Below are positions 60,076-64,000 of a DNA stretch of 64,000 nt, in pieces; position 1 is the stretch's first letter, and each line of letters opens with the position of its first letter. Below the pieces are notes generated by a model. That model did not search any database. It was not told where the DNA came from and worked only from the letters and a program-made list of their open reading frames with translations. Source of the stretch: a bacterium. Its GTDB lineage: Bacteria; Vulcanimicrobiota; Vulcanimicrobiia; Vulcanimicrobiales; Vulcanimicrobiaceae. The translations under genes were made by a program, and so were the position numbers. Location of the stretch: the NCBI GenBank assembly GCA_021805775.1, contig JAJZED010000004.1:1-64000 (forward strand). Direction: 5' to 3'.

Positions 60076-61065
60076 GTGGCTCGAGTCGATGCGAAGTCCG
60101 TGCTGCTGGTGCGTCTCCTCGGCGCGCTCGATGAAGGCTGCTATTCCTTCGACGGGCTGCGCGAGCGCATCGGCCAGGATGGAGCGCTCCCGAGCCCGCG
60201 GTCGTTGCGCCGTTATCTCTCGGTGCTCGCCGACGCGAATTTTCCGTGGTTTTACGACCGCGCTCGCGGCGTCTATCGCTTCGTCGACGGCTATTCGCTG
60301 CGTGCCCTCAAACTCGACCGCGGAGAGATCTTCGGGCTCGTTGCGCTTCGCTCGTTAGCGAAGTCGCTCGGCGGCTCGGTCGGTGCAGCGGTCGATACGC
60401 TCGCACGTCGCGTCGTTGCATCGGGTGCGGGGCAGTCGTCCGAAGCGCACGACCTTCCCTTTGGAATGCCGCTGCCCCACGCACAGCTCGACGAGCGCTC
60501 GGAGGGCGTCCGGGAGGTGCTCGCAGCCGCCGAGCGCGACAGCCGCGTGGTGACGATCGCGTACGTGGACCGTCACGGGAAAAGCAGTACGCGCGATTTC
60601 GAACCCTACGGACTCATCGTCGCCGGCGGGCGTTACTATTGCGTCGGATACGACCGGATGCGACGTGCCCGGCGGACCTTTGCGCTCGATGGAATGGAGT
60701 CGGCTCGCCTGACCGCGCGCACCTACCAGCGTCCCGCCGAGTTCGATTTGGACAAACTCATGTCGAGCTCGATTTCGGGGCTGATGACCGGGGAGGCGGC
60801 GCACGAAGTCGTCGTCCGCTTCGATTCGCGGATCGCTAAGGCCGCGGTGGCGACAACCTCCCGGCTCGACCGCGATGTCTCTAGGAACGACGATGGCAGC
60901 GTCGACCTTCGGCTTCGCGTCGCCGACCTCGACGAGTTGCTGCGTTGGGTACTGGGCTGGGGAAGCGAGGCGCGGCTCGTCGGCCCCCCAAGCGCGTTGG
61001 CAGGGATGCGCCGCTTGCTTTCCGAGATCGGCCGACACTACGAAGATGCCCCGAATATGAGGTGA
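60076..61065 (+). CDS. WYL-domain transcriptional regulator (YafY/PafBC-like HTH-WYL-WCX)
   Basis: N-terminal wHTH (LLVRLLGALDE ... LRRYLSVLAD). Central WYL-type beta region (VVTIAYVDRHGKSSTRDFEPYGLIVAGGRYYCVGYD). C-terminal WCX-like extension. GTG start. Confidence 0.7.
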   Translation: MARVDAKSVLLVRLLGALDEGCYSFDGLRERIGQDGALPSPRSLRRYLSVLADANFPWFYDRARGVYRFVDGYSLRALKLDRGEIFGLVALRSLAKSLGGSVGAAVDTLARRVVASGAGQSSEAHDLPFGMPLPHAQLDERSEGVREVLAAAERDSRVVTIAYVDRHGKSSTRDFEPYGLIVAGGRYYCVGYDRMRRARRTFALDGMESARLTARTYQRPAEFDLDKLMSSSISGLMTGEAAHEVVVRFDSRIAKAAVATTSRLDRDVSRNDDGSVDLRLRVADLDELLRWVLGWGSEARLVGPPSALAGMRRLLSEIGRHYEDAPNMR

Positions 61066-61095
61066 TTGAGGCACCGCGCCGAAGGCTACGCGTCG

Positions 61096-61611
61096 ATGAA
61101 ACGCACCATTACGTTCGCCGCTCTCGTCGGGCTCGCGCTCTCGCTGCTCGCGCCGAAGCCGGCATATAGTTTTTTTGGCGGTCTGCCGATCGACGGCATT
61201 CGTTGCGATGCAACCGAAGGCGTCGTCCTCCACATCCACAGCCACCTCCAACTCGTCGATCGCGGCCGCAACGTCGTTCTTCCGGCATATATCGGCATCC
61301 CGTCGGTGCAGCCGGCGTGCCTCTACTGGTTGCACACGCACGACGCAAGCGGCATCATCCATATCGAATCGCCGATGAAGCGTTCGTTCACGCTCGGTGA
61401 ATTTTTCGATGTGTGGGGGAAAAACCTCAATTGGAGTTCGGCGGGGCCTTTGCACGCGCCGCGCGGCACACGCCTACGCATCATCGTCAACGGCCGGGTC
61501 TGGCACGGTCGCTCGCCGCGCGAAATTCTGTTACGCAACCATGAAGATATCACGATCGAAGCCGGGCCGCCGTTCGTTCCCCAACAACCGTTTCATTGGT
61601 CGGGGATGTAG
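61096..61611 (+). CDS. His-rich secreted hypothetical protein
   Basis: Start at MKRTITFAALVGLALSLLAP (signal peptide). Mature region has clustered His: HIHSH, HTHD, IIHIE. Possibly metal-binding. No recognised family. Confidence 0.5.
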   Translation: MKRTITFAALVGLALSLLAPKPAYSFFGGLPIDGIRCDATEGVVLHIHSHLQLVDRGRNVVLPAYIGIPSVQPACLYWLHTHDASGIIHIESPMKRSFTLGEFFDVWGKNLNWSSAGPLHAPRGTRLRIIVNGRVWHGRSPREILLRNHEDITIEAGPPFVPQQPFHWSGM

Positions 61612-61620
61612 CCGATAGCG

Positions 61621-63156
61621 ATGCCTGCAACCACCACAACCGTCGAACTCGACGGTCGTCATCTCTCGCTTGAAAGCATCGCCGCCGTCGCCGAAGGCGG
61701 TGCGCGGTTACGCGTCACCGATGAAGCGATGGGGCGCGTCGCGCGGGCGCGGCAGTTTGTCGAAGAACGCTTCGCCGACGGCGATGCGATCTACGGCGTT
61801 ACGACGGGGTTCGGTCGGCTCGCGAACGTGCAGATCGATCCCGCCGACGCCGCACTGTTGCAACTCAATCTCGTCCGTAGCCACGCCGCCGGAACCGGCG
61901 CGCCGCTCGACGAGCGCTACGTTCGCGCCGCCGGCGTGCTGCGCGTGAATTCGCTTGCCGCGGGGCATTCGGGCATCGCTCCGGCGACGCTCTCGCTCTT
62001 AGTCGAAACCCTCAATCGCGCGGTGACGCCGGTCGTTCCGATGCAGGGTTCGGTCGGAGCGAGCGGCGATCTCGCTCCGCTCGCGCACATGTCGCTCTTG
62101 CTCATCGGCGAAGGCGAAGCGCTCTACGGCGGTAAGCGCATGCCTGCGGCGGAGGCGCTCGCGCAGGCGGGGCTGACGCCGGTCGTCCTCGGCGCGAAGG
62201 AAGGGCTCGCGCTCATCAACGGCACCCAGGTGATGACGGGCATCGCCGCGCTCTCGCTCCTACAAGCGCAACGCCTCGCCGATAGCGCCGACCTCATCGC
62301 CGCGCTCTCGCTGGAGGCGTATCTCGGTACCGATGCCGTCTTCGATCGACGTATCAACGCGTTGCGGCCGCACCGCGGGCAGCGCATCGTCGCCGCTCGG
62401 CTTCGTCGTTTTCTGGAAGGCTCGGAGATCATGCAGTCGCATCGCGCATGCGGCCGCGTTCAGGATCCCTATTCGTTCCGCTGCATCCCCGTCGTCCACG
62501 GCGCGGTGCGCGACTCGATCGAACACGCACGCACGGTTGCCGAGATCGAAGCCAACTCGGTCACCGATAATCCGCTGGTCTTTCCGGAGGATCGTGCGTT
62601 TTTAAGCGGAGGAAATTTTCACGGCGAACCGATCGCTTTGGCAATCGATTTTCTCAAAATGGCGATCTGCGAGATCGCCTCGATCTCGGAACGCCGTCTG
62701 TACTTACTGCTCAATGCCGCCGATCGCGATCTCCCACTCTTTCTCGCGCGGAAGAGCGGCCTTGAATCGGGACTCATGATCGTGCAGTACGCAGCGGCGG
62801 CGCTGGTCAACGATAACAAAGCGCTCGCCTGGCCGAGTAGCGTCGATTCGATTCCGACCTCGGCCGGGCAAGAAGACCACGTCAGTATGGGGATGACCTC
62901 GGCGAACAACCTGGTTCGCGTGCTCGATAATGTCGAAGGCGCGCTCGCCTGCGAACTGCTCGCCGCACTCGCTGCGACCGATTTTCGCCGCCCGCTGCGC
63001 AGCGCGCGCGCGACCGACGAACTCTACGCGCTTGCGCGCCACGAGATTCCACCGTTAGCCGGAGATCGTTCGCCGGCGCCCGATATTGCCGCCGCGCGCG
63101 CGCTGGTTCGCTCCGGTGCGATCGCGCGGATTTTTGCTCGAGAAGCCATTGACTAG
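61621..63156 (+). CDS. hutH: Histidine ammonia-lyase
   Basis: MIO-forming ASG triad in GSVGASGDLAPLAH, plus conserved YGVTTGFG and NGTQ blocks. 511 aa. Confidence 0.95.
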   Translation: MPATTTTVELDGRHLSLESIAAVAEGGARLRVTDEAMGRVARARQFVEERFADGDAIYGVTTGFGRLANVQIDPADAALLQLNLVRSHAAGTGAPLDERYVRAAGVLRVNSLAAGHSGIAPATLSLLVETLNRAVTPVVPMQGSVGASGDLAPLAHMSLLLIGEGEALYGGKRMPAAEALAQAGLTPVVLGAKEGLALINGTQVMTGIAALSLLQAQRLADSADLIAALSLEAYLGTDAVFDRRINALRPHRGQRIVAARLRRFLEGSEIMQSHRACGRVQDPYSFRCIPVVHGAVRDSIEHARTVAEIEANSVTDNPLVFPEDRAFLSGGNFHGEPIALAIDFLKMAICEIASISERRLYLLLNAADRDLPLFLARKSGLESGLMIVQYAAAALVNDNKALAWPSSVDSIPTSAGQEDHVSMGMTSANNLVRVLDNVEGALACELLAALAATDFRRPLRSARATDELYALARHEIPPLAGDRSPAPDIAAARALVRSGAIARIFAREAID

Positions 63157-63171
63157 CGAGAGGAAAGCGCG

Positions 63172-64000
63172 ATGAGTATGACGTTGTCGGGTCCGCGGCC
63201 GGTGCGCGCCGCGCGTGGTACGGAGTTGACCTGCTTGGGGTGGCCGCAGGAAGCCGCGCTGCGCATGCTGATGAACAACTTAGATCCCGAGGTCGCCGAA
63301 CGCCCCGACGACCTCGTCGTCTATGGCGGTAGCGGTCGGGCGGCACGCTCGTGGGAGGCCTTCGATGCCTTGGTCCGCACGCTGCGCCGACTTAAAAACG
63401 ATGAAACGATGATCGTCCAGAGCGGGAAGCCGGTCGCGGTTTGGAAGACGCACGAACGCGCGCCGCGCGTGTTGATCGCCAATAGCAATCTCGTTCCGAA
63501 GTGGGCCGACTGGGAGACCTTTCGTTCGCTCGAAGCGCAGGGCTTGACGATGTACGGCCAGATGACCGCAGGGTCGTGGATATACATCGGCACGCAAGGT
63601 ATCGTGCAAGGGACCTACGAGACTTTCGCGGAGCTCGCGCGGCAACATTACGGCGGCACGCTGCGCGGCCGTATCGCACTCACTGCCGGGATCGGCGGAA
63701 TGGGCGGCGCTCAGCCGCTGGCGATCACGATGTGCGAGGGCATTGCGTTGGTCGTCGACGTCGACCGCGCGCGGCTCGAACGTCGGCGCGATCTGCGATA
63801 TTTAGATATCGTCGTCGATTCGCGCGAAGAGGCGCTCGCGCGCGTCGAGCGCGCTCGACGCGAAGGCGAGGCGATCTCGGTGGGCTACCAAGGAAATGCA
63901 GCCGATGAATTCGCGGCGCTCTTCGACGCGGGCCTTCGCCCCGACGCGGTTACCGACCAGACCTCCGCGCACGATATGCTCAACGGCTACGTTCCCTCGG
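63172..64000 (+). CDS. hutU: Urocanate hydratase (5' partial, truncated by window end)
   Basis: ATG at 63172 after AGGA. Translation [53 protein letters not shown] ... matches the HutU N-terminus. No stop before position 64000. Confidence 0.85.
   Translation, partial: MSMTLSGPRPVRAARGTELTCLGWPQEAALRMLMNNLDPEVAERPDDLVVYGGSGRAARSWEAFDALVRTLRRLKNDETMIVQSGKPVAVWKTHERAPRVLIANSNLVPKWADWETFRSLEAQGLTMYGQMTAGSWIYIGTQGIVQGTYETFAELARQHYGGTLRGRIALTAGIGGMGGAQPLAITMCEGIALVVDVDRARLERRRDLRYLDIVVDSREEALARVERARREGEAISVGYQGNAADEFAALFDAGLRPDAVTDQTSAHDMLNGYVPS

Noticed and set aside
60076-61065. WYL regulator as a marker of a defence island (BrxR/CapW-like).
   Set aside because: No restriction, BREX, CBASS, Abi or other defence genes flank it. 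The neighbours are clpC and hut catabolic genes.

Overview
This is a 64-kb high-GC (about 68%) bacterial chromosomal segment, densely coding on both strands, with about 55 protein-coding genes. I found no rRNA, tRNA or CRISPR array by eye. Peptidoglycan-recycling genes (anmK, ampH-like) and a ClpC-type chaperone suggest a diderm high-GC lineage; the taxon is not determinable from the window. In window order the content is as follows. (1) SDR oxidoreductase. (2) A tightly coupled three-gene two-component phosphorelay: stand-alone receiver, then a tandem HisKA-like/receiver/class III adenylate cyclase fusion, then a PAS-PAS hybrid histidine kinase with two receivers. (3) DEAD-box helicase. (4) katG transcribed divergently from a globin-coupled-sensor/GAF/EAL c-di-GMP phosphodiesterase. 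(5) DoxX, a 1023-aa BNR/Asp-box (sortilin-like) secreted protein, an SPFH protein, and a TPP enzyme. (6) A degraded (frameshifted) secreted-protein gene. (7) AI-2E transporter and Ca/Mg-type P-type ATPase. (8) A 1146-aa RecB/Cas4-like nuclease + RNase-H-like + SF1B (DNA2/Upf1-type) helicase fusion next to a truncated ATP-grasp fragment. This is the most interesting candidate: an undescribed single-gene nuclease-helicase, DNA2/Nhi-like. (9) MFS, Zn-ADH, proC, an SRAP (YedK-like) protein, an alpha/beta hydrolase, and a cluster of secreted proteins including a tandem retropepsin-like aspartic protease. (10) A complete anhydro-muropeptide/MurNAc recycling operon: nagZ, ampH-like, anmK, GlcNAc kinase, murQ, DUF4127. 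(11) A methylmalonyl-CoA pathway supra-operon (pccB, biotin carboxylase/BCCP alpha, split mutase catalytic subunit, epimerase) ending in a radical-SAM/SPASM enzyme, with fabI, DUF1003 and YciI interspersed. (12) Rubrerythrin, a LuxR-STAND regulator, a 20-aa hydrophobic peptide, and an HD-GYP phosphodiesterase. (13) clpC, a WYL regulator, a His-rich secreted protein, hutH and partial hutU. All calls rest on motifs read from the translations. No database search was possible.
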